A stretch of DNA of 64,000 bases from Magallana gigas (lineage: Eukaryota): positions 51,522,001 through 51,586,000 of the forward strand of contig NC_088858.1 in assembly GCF_963853765.1 (NCBI RefSeq), given 5' to 3'. The notes under the pieces are model-generated. The model worked only from the letters and a program-made list of their open reading frames with translations, had not been told where the DNA came from and searched no databases. Position numbers and translations under genes: made by a program. Shown one piece after another: positions 26,328 through 38,730 of this stretch (its first letter is position 1; each line of letters begins with the position of its first letter).

Positions 26328-29300
26328 TAACTTTATAGAACTTGAGTTTTTATGTTGTGGATTCCATACCACCAAAACTTTACGATATATTTTTTTTTCT
26401 CGTCGTTTTTTTGAAATATTTCAAACTGAATATAGTTAGAAATTACCCTTTTGTGAACTTGTATTATAACATATCAAATATTTTAAATTGAAAAAAATGT
26501 TAGATTTGAAATTGTATTTTACGACTAAACCAAATGGGCAGTTGCGCCATCTTATTTCCCCATCTTCTTTATACTACACACATCTCATATATACTAGATA
26601 TGAATTATATAACTGCATGTATGATACACAGATTCTTAACGTAGAAAAAAGGAAAAAATAGAAACAGCACCACCCCTATCTATGCATTCTTGGTACACAT
26701 GAAGATAAGCAATTGTGTTTGAAAATCATTAATTCACGTAATTTAACAAATCTGTACGCATCTGAAATTGGCTTCCACTGAAGTGATACTGATAAAACTG
26801 ACGAAGTAGAGCTGTATATTAGTAATTTTATAAGGTAAAAATTGGCCCAGGAACGCGCTTATCAAAATACTAATAGTTTTTTTTTTACCATAAATATAGC
26901 ACCTACAAGACTGCATGATTAGAAACTATTTTATAAATAGAATGCAAATGATTTAAAGTATTACCAATCAGCATATTTCAATTTATTTAAGAAATTTTCA
27001 GAAATTGAAAATCATTGTAAATTCATTGTTTTGATAACTGTAGGTGGAAAGGGAAGGGTGGGTCTATAATCTATCTTTGGAAAGAAATGGATACCCTGTT
27101 ATTCATTGCATTAAGTTAATATCAAGAACATGTGCAAAGAAGATGTGGATATTTGCATAAAGTAGAGGACGGATTAACGCAATGTGACAAACATCGTTCC
27201 TTAACTATATATCATGAAAATATCATAAGTTTTTATCGCGAATGATGTCCATGGCCAAAAAAATACGTAAGTTCATAACATGTACTTAAAAAGAAAATAT
27301 ACGAACAGGTGTTTATATTTAAAATCTCTAAATAGCATATTATTTCTTACAAATTCACGAACGATTATTAATAGAGTGGGTCTGTAGTCCATATTCTTGA
27401 CAATTATGTGACAAGAACTAAAAAAAAAAATACATGTATTTGTTGGATATATGAATTTGCAACATAAACAGATAAAAACTCAAACATTTTAAGAAAAGTC
27501 CAAATGAATGGTTCAGATGTTCGAGCATTTGACTTGCTTGGATTCAAGAATTATCAGAATTATGTGGCATCTTAAGTCGGGGTCAATCTGATCTAGAAAA
27601 TGACCCCAGAGTATCTTTTGAAGAAGAGCTTGTTAAATGCTGTTTTTGGAGAAACTGTCGGTATTCTTTATTTAAAGTGAAATTTCCAAGATTTGTTACT
27701 ATCTTCTTCAAATATATCACAGAAAATAACGAATTAAAACATGAGTTTTCATTGTGTTTACCAAACATTAAAGCCCCGATACAAGATATCAAACAAAGCT
27801 ATTGTTATAAAGCACAACTGAAAGAAATTATATCTTGAACTTCACACATCCATAGGCATTACATTAGATCTTAACATACACTTTAGTACGTCGAATCCGT
27901 CGAAATTGACGTTATATAGCGTAAAATAAAGTCTAATGAACCCTTGCAAGCGACATGAAGTTAGCGTCTAATTCCGACTCCACTGATTGTACAAAATTCT
28001 GAGAGCTAGCTCATTTGAACATAAGCCCAGAGCATTTTAATGCAATGTACTTATAATGTAGCTGCAGACAGTATCAAACAAAATCTGAGATTGAGATCTT
28101 TCTTCGTATTCAAAACGAATCCGAGCTGTAAGTGATATTCTGACGATGCGGGCTTCTCTCAACACTTGTTTACAAACGGATTCTCAATTAAATGAAGGAG
28201 TTGAGAATGATGTCCATGGCCAAAAAAAAGTACAACTTCCGAAAAAATCGATCTATATCTTGGACACAGCGAGCACAGCACGTAGATGAACAGATAGAGC
28301 CCCTGGTTGACGGCCCCTACATTATATCGCTATTCCGTAGCGTTTTTGCAGCTGCAGTAGCGGAGTCTATGTGCTCTCCTCTCCCCGGCGTGATAAACCT
28401 AGAGTCGCGATAAAAACTTATGCCCAATCTGAATTTATAATCACCCTTCAGCATATTGAGAGGCTTCAAGATGCTCCACCAATGCGCTTCGACCTCATAG
28501 AAGTTATTTTTAGTCAAAGATAAGGAAACGGTGGAGGGGCTTTCTTTGTGAAGTTTTGTTGAAGTTTGCTGACGGGAAAAAAGGTGGGTACTGTTTATAT
28601 GATATAGTATTAATATTTATCATTTAGGGATGTCGATTTGTGAATGTTTTCTGCTTAATGACAGTCTTTAGCGTTAAAGAACGACCTTTGGTAAATATTT
28701 AAGAAAATGTAAACACACATCAAGGGGATGGAGATTCTGGCCATCTTATTGTGTTATTTTCTTTTCCGCGAGTTCAAATCTCGCTTGGTGGCATGAAGTT
28801 TCGCATTCCTGCGTCACTTCGCTCGAATTCTGGAGGAAAGCGAGGGAAAATTAACGAGGGTTTCAACAGCAAATTCTACTTTTTGAGTAATAGTTTATCG
28901 ATAAGTCTCATAATGATGAAGAAAAGAAATGTATCGGTTGATCGTGAGCGGATCTCGTGACTCATTGAAACCTATCGCAGACCAATCTTAGATAGTACTG
29001 TGCCCCTTCAACATGTGCCGGTTTCCATTACAAACAAAATATTGGCAATCGTGTCAGAAAAAATGTCGTGCTGGATATTTGATCACAAGCTGACTGACTG
29101 ATTCACTGCTTGGTCCACAGCTTCCTAAAGCCTTACTTGCTTTTAAAGTAGGAGTTTAGAGTTGTGCTTGAATGATGCTGTTTTCCCTATTAGATAGCAA
29201 TATACATACGCCGAAATTCACATGTGCTGTTTTTCTGTTTATCTCATGCTCCTCTTTCAGTATTAAAAACATAAATATAAGATAAAACAAATTGCTTTAT

Positions 29301-30527
29301 GTAGAGCGTTCTGTGCATCTACTTCACTATTTTAATATTATAAAGTAAGAGTATGCAGATGTATATCACATACGTTTTAGGGGTAAAAATCAGTAGAGGC
29401 CCCCTGGGGCATTTCCTCCCCCCTAGTGTGTATTTTTTCCCCATCAATCTTCTTCTTTTCATCTCCCCCTCGCCCAGCCACCCCCTGCTGGGTAAATGGA
29501 AGTCTGAATGTTTCTTCTTTTTTTCATTTCGGGATTTGCAATTCAGATTGAATGAACCAAACATGCCGCAAGTGAAAGATAAAATAATGAGCAGAATTCA
29601 CAGTACATTAGAGTTTATCGGCAGAAGCATGTAAAGTACTTGTTAAACCAGACCTTGATGTGTCGATGTAATGTAATGATCACGGGATTACACTGTAATA
29701 TATATACTTCAAACTTCAGAGGAACAATGGACTTGATCGACAAAGCCATCTACGTGCCGAGTACAGTTCAGGGGAAGGGGCTCCTCTAGACTTCCCTCTT
29801 AGATCTTGATTTTTAATAAGATTTATATGCATAATATGGTACAATCTGTAGTAGCCCTAATTGTTTCCTGACGCTTCGCCTCTCTCTCGTTGCCATGCTT
29901 TACAAAGACAAGAGGATGGGCAGATCGTACATGTACACACTTAATCCAGTTCAAAAGTGTCGCAGACTCGCAGACCATGAGTGCAGATTACGCAATAGCT
30001 GCTTGTTTATGGACATGAGCTCGTTAACAAGGGCTTACTGATTAACATGCCGAAGGATAAAAGTGTTTGTCTGCCTTGCCTCCCGTGAAGTCCATTTTGA
30101 GGTCACCGTGGGGGTCATGACGCCCTCTATGAGGTCACAGCAGGGTACACGATAAGATAGCCGATATCAGCTTCTGTATCTGTTGTCAATCTTCTTACGA
30201 TAACAGAAAGGAAAATAAAGAAAAACAAATGAGAGGACTTTTGAATCACTGTCAAGATAGCGATAATAGCTGGTGGGAATCTTATGAAATCTCTGGCATA
30301 GAGCTTGAACATACCACTTGTGTGTAAATTAGATTAGCAAAAAATACTAAATTCTTTAACGAACCTTAAGTTACACGTAATTGAAGCTGATCGAAGCTGA
30401 TTTATACCAAGGGAGCACACACGCTATACAATGTTCTCAAAACTTTATTCTTGGCAGGGACTTGGATGCTGTGTATTGCTCAAATCTCAAAAAACTTTAT
30501 ATTTTTATAATTTTTTTGTAGATCACC

Positions 30528-33500
30528 ATGGCAACAAATAAGTCTGGGAGAATTGCACTCATCTTCACCGCCTTTTTCCTGTTTGCAGCAATGACAGCGC
30601 TCTCCATACTGAACAAATATTTTGGGAAAGAGCTAGGTAAAATGCTATTACGGAAATACTTTTATAATTGGTACAGATGTCCAGTTAAAGACCCCCAGAA
30701 CTATGTAAGTTGAGTTAACGAGATGAGCTATAGTCTGCTTATACTGCCGGCTGGTGCGGCGTCATATCGCAACGCTCGATAATGTCCTATCATTCGGTAG
30801 CAGACGATAAACAGCCTCAGCAATCAAAACAGACGAAAGGATTCACACTCCACAGGAAATATCGCCAAATTCTTCAATACAGAAATATTTTTTATTGAAA
30901 AATTCTATCCAATTCACGCCCATTTACCTAAATCTTTTCATCATTCCTAAGGAATACTGCAACACACAGAGTTACCAACTTCTTTCAAACGTTGTAAAAT
31001 AACATCAAGTTTTCTTTTATCTTGAAACAGAAGTTGGGTTTGTTTTGGATAGATCCAGACAAGCATCTGTTCTGACTTTTATTTCTTGTAAATAGTTTTA
31101 TGTCAATGTAAATCTAGCCCTTAATGATGGAAGACCTGCCAAGTTAGTCCACCGACAATGGCTGTGATTGACAAACAGAACTTATTAGTTTCCAGTGATG
31201 ACGATTATCAGTTGCCCAGTGTAATCTTTCGATGTAGGCTTGCACACATCCGAGAATGTTAATTGCGGTTCTCTGTTCAAAATTACATAACAATTTTAAT
31301 GAAGTGCACACACTCCCCTACTCCCCGCTGTAATTACACTCATCCATCACGTATGCACGTTGTGAATTCCATTACAAGAATCTGGTAAATTACCATCAGC
31401 TAATGAAATTTATTTTCTAAAATGAACTCAGTAGACTTAAAATGTCACCAAAAATAAAATAATGCATTCTCCATTTTCAGGAATATTCAACAGATCCACC
31501 GGCGATGTATCCCGGATGTTTCCGCTAATGATAAATCCACCCTGGCCCATCTTCTTCATCTGGTACATTGTTTTTGCGCTTGAACTGGTTCTCATTCTGT
31601 ACGGTATCACGACAATCTGCCGTAAAACGAAAGGCGGTAGAAGTATCTATCTTCTCTCCCTCACTCCCCCGCGGGTCTACGGTCTTCTGGTGGCCAATAA
31701 TTTGGCGGTGGTGCTATGGCTATATCTGTGGAACTGGGGCTACACGGTGGCATCCTTTATCATCGTATTCTCACTTCCGGTCACGATGTACATCAGCTTC
31801 TACACATCGCTAAAACAGCTCTTCAACAACTTTGCGGTGCTCATTCAAGAGGAGACCCAGAGTGAAATATGGGTCGTAAGATTCCTGGTTCAGAATGGAC
31901 TGGGATTTATCTCCGCCTGGCAGACAATTGTGATGTTCTTGAATCTCGGCGTTGTGCTGAGGTACGAGGTAGGGGTGCCCGATGAGATCCTTTTCCTTGC
32001 CCTGCTCGGAGCAATGGCGCTACTGGAGCTGGCTTGGTTCTGGTTGGACGTGTTTGTGTTCGACCGTTACACAAGGTACATTCTGCTCCCCTACATCCCC
32101 TGGCTAGCGACTTGCTGCGGACTAATCTGGAAATGGCAAACTCTCTTCTACGACTGGGGAAGGGACACCATCACACTATTCTGTTGCAGCGTGCTCGCAC
32201 TTCTCTGCTTAACAGTAAAGATTATATTTCTCGTTTACCGACATAATAAAACCAACATGCAGAAGAACGTAGACAAAGGAATAGAAGACAAGAGTGAAAA
32301 ACCCAAGGAAGAACAGAAAGCCGACTCAAAGAATAAAACATGTGTCACGTTTGCCGTAGAGAACGAACAGGTAAACACCGCAGCGGAAAACCAGAAAGAG
32401 GCACCGAAGGAGGACAAAACCATAGCTGTGTGCCCCGTGGTACCGGCAAGCGAGGTCCAGTACAACAGGATCGAAATGGAGACCAATGAAACCACCAACT
32501 GCAACACAGTCATCGTCCACAGTGACGCGATAGAATCTAATGCAATGGAATCCATTCAGAGAGATTCAGCAACCGCGCAACATGAGATGGTAACGGAAGA
32601 AAAAGTTACTGAAGACATTGACGTCAAAACAGATAAAGAAGATGGCGATAATGTTATTCTCACCGAGACAGCACACGAAAAGTCAGAATCTAAAACTGGG
32701 AAAGACGAAGAGGAAATTCCGCCACCCCCTGTCGAGGCGGAGGAAGTAAACACTGAACCAAAACAAGAAAGCGAACAATTAGATAAAGAAGAGGAAGTTC
32801 CGCCTCCCGCTTATGACGAGCCAGTCCAAGACACCATACCGGAACAAGAGGTACCGGAACAAGAGGCACCGGAACAGGCTTCTTCAAGCCCAACAGAGGA
32901 AGCGGTGGAGGAAACCAATAATATGTGTCAAAACGACAATTTAATTGATTTTGATGATCAAGAAAACTCTGTTCCCGACCAGACTGAAAACGTGACCGAG
33001 CAGCTATCAACAGACGCAACTCTTACAGAGCAAATATCGATAGAGAACGAAGACGACTGTAGGCCGCCTGACAATGACTCTGTTAACTCAACAACTGTGC
33101 AGATAGACGACCCGATGGAGGACTTCGAGGTCGAGAATGAAAGGAACGAGACCGAGGAGCCGGAGCTGGTACAGACCCCACCCCCGCTCCTGGAGGACGA
33201 CGACTACGAGGGGACGTACATCGTGAGGGAGCCGGGCCTTGACGACGGATACCGCTACGATCCGTCGGAACCGGAAGATTTCCCGCAGGTGCCCGACACG
33301 GACGATCCGTTACCCTCCCCTCCTACGTCACCGGCGTCGGACCCACTTCCGAGTCCCCCCACTGTTCCTGTTTCTGACGGTGAGGAGTATGACGACTCGG
33401 ACGAAGACGAGGCTCCGCCCGTACCCCCACAAGATTATAACATGCCCGGTAAACCATATCAGATCCCCGCGGAATCTATAGAGTCCCAACCTATAACCAG

Positions 33501-33561
33501 CAATGGTTACTCCGAACAGCGGCGCCCCGAGAGCTTTGGGACGGTGGACACTGCCGTATGA
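30528..33561 (+). CDS. Uncharacterised multipass membrane protein (~729 aa) with a long acidic/proline-rich C-terminal tail
   Basis: Exon 1 30528-30636 (CTAG|gtaaaa) splices in phase 1 to exon 2 31481-33561 (tttcag|GAATA). About 8 hydrophobic segments in the first ~290 aa. The TGDVS...P.W..F.IW pattern recalls uncharacterised TspO/MBR-like animal proteins (from memory, not verified). Confidence 0.85.
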
Positions 33562-35004
33562 GTGTGGTATAACTCCCTGTAAATATAAACACAGGTCTAT
33601 ACAGACCAAGGGAATAAACACGTGAGCTGCCATGACAGTGACAATTACAGGTGTACCAGTTTTGTGTAATTTAGACTGACAGCTAAGTGCTACTTACTGT
33701 AGAATACTCATGACTATTTCTACTGATTTTGTACAGATTGTATATATGGGACCATAGTCGTCAAATCTTCATATTTAGTCACCTTTTTAACAAAGTCATT
33801 AGTCATTTAGACATAGTACTAACAAAGCAGTGACAGGTGATCAGTCGTTCATTTAAGCATTTATATAAGAAAATTATATATAAACAAGAAGAACAGTAAA
33901 AATCTATAAACTAGTACATGTAATCATATTACAGGTATATTTGAAAACTACCACCTCAAGAATTCCGATTTCCCAATAAGTCTGCGGATAATTTGTACCA
34001 TTTTGAATATATCATGTTTTTATTTATATTTCATAAAGAAAATTTGGTCAGACAGTGAAAAAAGTTCTGATTGTAGACCTTCAGAAGAATAGCATCCAGA
34101 AGAAATATAACCCTGCAGTGGGTATGTTCAAGCAACTGACTGTCTCCTGCTTCTATAGGTATACCTACAACCCCTATAGGCAATACACCCAGCCCATCCC
34201 CTTATTTCTGTCACTCCTAATGTATAGTGCTTCTTCAATCAAACAGCAGCAACATCGGTGGATTTTTATTTATAAACTTTTGTGTTAGGTCTTGTACATG
34301 TGTATCCTGATATTATTAAAAACAAATGAAGGATTTATCGTTTTCGTTAAAAATGGAAGATATGTATATATAAGACTAGTATAAAATGTATGTACATATT
34401 TACAAATCCCATCGAACTTACCATCCTAATTTGAAGAGTAACCGTATATTTTAAGTCGAATATACTATATTAAGTGACACTGTTTCGTCATAACTACCTC
34501 TGCTTCATAGATGTATTATTCCTTCAGCCTCTCTTTCGTTTCATCGCTCGTATGTTTTGTTTTCTTGTACATATCCATTTGAACTTCAGTTCATATAGAT
34601 TTTTAAAATAAAAGTCAAAGAGGACATGGTTGTCTGTATTTTGTAAACCAACTACCTGCTTATCTACTAAACCAAGGGTTTTACAAGAAAATATTTTTTA
34701 GTTGATAGCGTTGCTGATCATTTCAACACTCAAGAATGAGGAAGAAATTATTTATTTTAATAACAATGATTTTTTATTTGTAATTTTGATGCAATTTCTG
34801 GGTTTTTTAAGTACAATGTATCATGTTATAGGTAAAACTATTTTCATTTCAGACTTTATAAGACAAAAATGATATGACCATAAAATATTCATTTTAAAAA
34901 ATATTGACATTTTTTTTATGTACTACATGTATAACAAAAAGAAAACTAAAATGCTATTTGGAATCAATTTATTTGGAACTAAAGATGTACACCCCATATC
35001 ATGA

Positions 35005-35102
35005 AAGTTCACATTGATGACAGCTTGTGACGCGATCAGTCCGTCCCCGTTTTCAGACATTTTTGAGGACGACTTCATAAACGCTGTCATTGATGATGAA
35101 CT
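35005..35102 (-). promoter_or_regulatory. SECIS element in the deiodinase 3'UTR
   Basis: Minus strand reads AUGA(35078-35075) AGUC GUCCUC AAAA ... GGGGAC G GAC UGAU(35038-35035), with outer helix AUGACAGC/GCUGUCAU. Confidence 0.9.
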
Positions 35103-35808
35103 CACACGGTATGGGGAAACATCAGCTGGAAAGGACTCCAATGATTTATGCACAAAAAGTTTACTGTATATTTATGTACAAATACGTTATACCAAAAAAG
35201 GAGCAAAATGTATTACACAGCACATATAAATTCAGTGTAGGCTACTGTAGCTTCATCGATATCTGTTGAACACCAATTTTCGTGGGTTTTTTTGTTGAGT
35301 TGATCCACGAAACAAAATGTTCACCGAAGTGCAATTTCTAATAACATGTTAGGCTCAATAGATACAAATGTACGTATCCTTGAAAGTTAATTGAACTGTG
35401 ATTTTCATTAAAACCTGGAAAAATTGATGACCTTAAACATTGATGATATCAGTACGTTGCATTTGAAAAGTTTTAAAAGTATTATCAGAGTGCATGGAGG
35501 AGACAACTGGATTAGAAAAACAGACTTGCTGCTACCACTTAATTCAATCTTTATCAACTGATTGCTATGAAAAGAAAAAAATAACCCGCTATGATTAAAC
35601 ATTAAAACGCTTAGAACAAATGCACTAGTATATCATATTCGACACACTCACATTTTGACATTGATGTGCTTTCTTTTATATCATGTATACTTATCGGTTG
35701 ACCTGTGACAAAAACTACGCGATAAAAATTAATTTTGATTTACAAATTGAAAATGAATTGTAGCTACTTTAATTCAACGTCTTCTCCACACACGTTAAGT
35801 CGCCCAAG

Positions 35809-36543
35809 CTATGACGTATATTTGGTCAGCCACTCTTCTACCTCCTCCACGTGGTATCCCCGGGGTCCCCTCTCCCCCAGGTACACTATCTTGCCATTCA
35901 AAACAATATAAAGACGCTCTGGCATTGCTCCGTATTTGTAGTTTATATCATTGGAGATATCGTCTACTACCACTGGACAGTTTGGCTGATGTTTTAACAG
36001 TATGTCCACCGCTTTCATTCGATCGTGAATCCCCTTATGCGTATGAATATCAAAATTATTTTTGAACGCCCACCCATCGCTTGGATGTGCTTCAGCTATA
36101 TAAACAATCAAAAAGTCGGCGACGTTACTAAAGCGAGCAACCAATTTCTTGAATTGCTCAAGCTTTCCCATGAACGGTGGTCATGTACAGCTTCCAAAAT
36201 TGAGAATAAGCGGTCGATCTTTTTTCTGAAATTCGAGCAGACGGGATTTTGAAAGGTCCCGTTTGATGACGTCACCATCTGGCGCGTCATGATACAGTTC
36301 AGCATCTCGAAACACATCGTAAATGCTATTTTTGGTCATTGTCTTTAGCTGAGCAAGTGAATAAATGGAATCTTTCCAGTCCTCTTCTTTAAGGGTGCTA
36401 TCCATTAAGACTGCCCTAAGGTTTCTCATCACTATTCGATCTAATGCTGGGATGTGTTTCCCTATAATTGCGATGAAGGTCGCAACGACAGAAAACGCAA
36501 GCAGACGACATGAACGCGCGACGATCGTCAGGAACCGCGCCAT
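35809..36543 (-). CDS. DIO: Iodothyronine deiodinase (selenoprotein, ~244 aa, UGA=Sec at 36183-36181)
   Basis: The two track ORFs are in frame across TGA, giving RPLILNFGSCT-U-PPF, followed by DFLIVYIAEAHPSDGW and YGAMPERLYIV. N-terminal hydrophobic anchor. A splice acceptor (ttgtag) lies directly before the ATG. Confidence 0.96.
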
Positions 36544-37289
36544 CTACAATGAAAAAGGAAACGGATATTGAGCTTTAACGAGGGTAACTTTGGAAATTGT
36601 TAACTTCATAAAAAGGATAAGCTATTTAACATGCAGAGACTCAGAGCAAAGACAATTTCAAAGCATATTAATGATCGACGAAACTATCTCTAGCATAGAA
36701 AGCATAGGAATGTATACTAGTAACTATTATGGTTTTTTTGGGAGTTGCAGTTACTCTGGCAAAACGGAAATGAAACAGTGTTTGGGCCTAAGCACAAATC
36801 ATCACCGCTAACAAGACTTACTACTTCCAAGTACTTTAAAATAATCGATAAATTCGATGTAATGTAATCAGAAACACTATTTTTTCAAGGAAACCTATTT
36901 ATAAATACCTTGAAAATAGTTAGATTTTAAATGGTACAAACAATTTGGATATATTTGGTAGTCGTATGTATTCCTACGCCAAAGTTCAAGATTACTTGGA
37001 TACAATTTTTCAGAAATGTTTCGAATACTGATACCTAATGCATACGCATCGTACAGTTTGTAATTAATATTAGAAAAAAACGTGCGTAATTATTCAAATA
37101 TACATGTAGCTATAAGAAACTACTTACCCTGCTAAATCACATCTTTGATTTTAAAATGAGCAACATTCACTAAAACCAACTCCCATCAGTGCTACAGTAC
37201 TTTGATTTCTTATTTCATTTAGCAAACTGTTTTTTTATATAGCTTTATATGTCAGACACGTATTGTTAATACTTGTCTGACATATTTTA

Positions 37290-37446
37290 ACAATAAAATG
37301 CTTTCTTTGGTGATTCATTCGGGATATGAAGGTAGCGACATTGCAGGAAAAATACATAACCCGCGTTAGCGGGTTATGTCAATTCTTCCTGCAATGATCG
37401 CTACCTTCATAACCCGCATGAATCATCAAAGAAAGCATTTTATTGT
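37290..37446. repeat. Near-perfect ~75-bp-arm hairpin
   Basis: CAATAAAATGCTTTCTTTG...ATAACCCGC GTTA GCGGGTTAT...CAAAGAAAGCATTTTATTG. Confidence 0.85.
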
Positions 37447-37588
37447 TTATATTAACAGCTTTCTTTAAGTAATTAATAAATAGATTATGAAAAGTAAGTA
37501 CAATTCACTAAATAACTGTTAATGTACATAAGTACGTTAGCCAAAAGAAACAGCCAAATCTTCTCTTGTGAGACTTGGAGTCTGGCAT

Positions 37589-38730
37589 CTATGGCACGCC
37601 AAATTAACAAAAATGAGCTAAACATAGTTTCACAGTCGATAAACTAGGTTTATCGACAGTTAACTATAGCTTACGGATCGTAAACTATAGTTACCGACGT
37701 TAATCTACATTTCACATCTGTAAACTATAGTTAACACTGAAAACAATCATTTGCGGTTGTTAAACATAGTTTATCTGATAAATAGGGTTTTAAGATCAGT
37801 AAACTACGGTTTACAAATCTAAAGCACGCCAAATTCACATAAATTAGCAAAACATAGTTTCACAGTCGATAAACTAGGTTTATCGGCTGTTAACTATAGT
37901 TTACGGATCCTAAACTATAGTTACTGACGTTAATCTATATTTCACATCTGTAAACTATAGTTTACGAATGCAAATCTATGTTTTTCTATCTGGAAATACA
38001 CGTTAACAATAGATTTTGCTGATAAATATAGATTCACATCTGTAAACTATAGTTTACATTCGTAAACGATAGTTTAGAGTTGCTAAATATAGTTTCACGA
38101 TTGTGAAACTATATTAATCAGATAAACTAGTATGTTTTACAATCGTTAATTTAGAGTTGTTAATCATAGTTTCACAATGGTGAAACTATATTTATCAGAT
38201 AAACTATGTTTAACAATCGAAAATGATTGTTTTCAGTTTTAACTATAGTCAACAGATGTGAAACATAGATTATCGCGTTAACTATAGTTTACAGACGTGA
38301 AATATAGATTAACGTCGTTAATCCTAAACTATAGTTAACAGTCGATAAACCTAGTTTTTCGACTGTGAAAATATGTGTAGCTCATTTTTGTGAATTTGTC
38401 TTATAAATACCGGTATAGTTTCACAATTTTTGGAACTGTAATTAACAACTCTTGACTATAGTTTACGATTGTAAATTATAATAAACAAATGTGAATCCAT
38501 ATTTATCAGCAAAATCTATTGTTAACGTTTTTTACAGATAGATAAACTATGATTATCATTCGTAAACTATAGTTTACATTCCTGAAATATAGTTTCACAG
38601 ATGTAAACTATAGTTAACGAATCGTTAACTATAGTTTAGGATCCGTAAACTATAGTTAACAGCTGATAAACCTAGTTTATCGACTGTGAAACTATGTTTA
38701 GCTCATTTTTGTGAATTTGGCGTGCCATAG
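37589..38730. mobile_element. Non-autonomous TIR element with long TIRs, internal AAACTATAG repeats and an apparent 4-bp TSD (GCAT)
   Basis: CTATGGCACGCCAAATT...AGCTAAACATAGTTTCACAGTCGATAAAC and its reverse complement at the right end; GCAT on both flanks. Confidence 0.85.

Noticed and set aside
32235-33633. Several antisense or alternative-frame ORFs in the membrane-protein tail
   Set aside because: Expected shadows of a GC-rich, low-complexity coding exon.
35809-36543. Two separate 120-aa genes, or a pseudogene with a premature stop
   Set aside because: The stop is the Sec UGA in the conserved SCTUPPF motif, and a SECIS is present.
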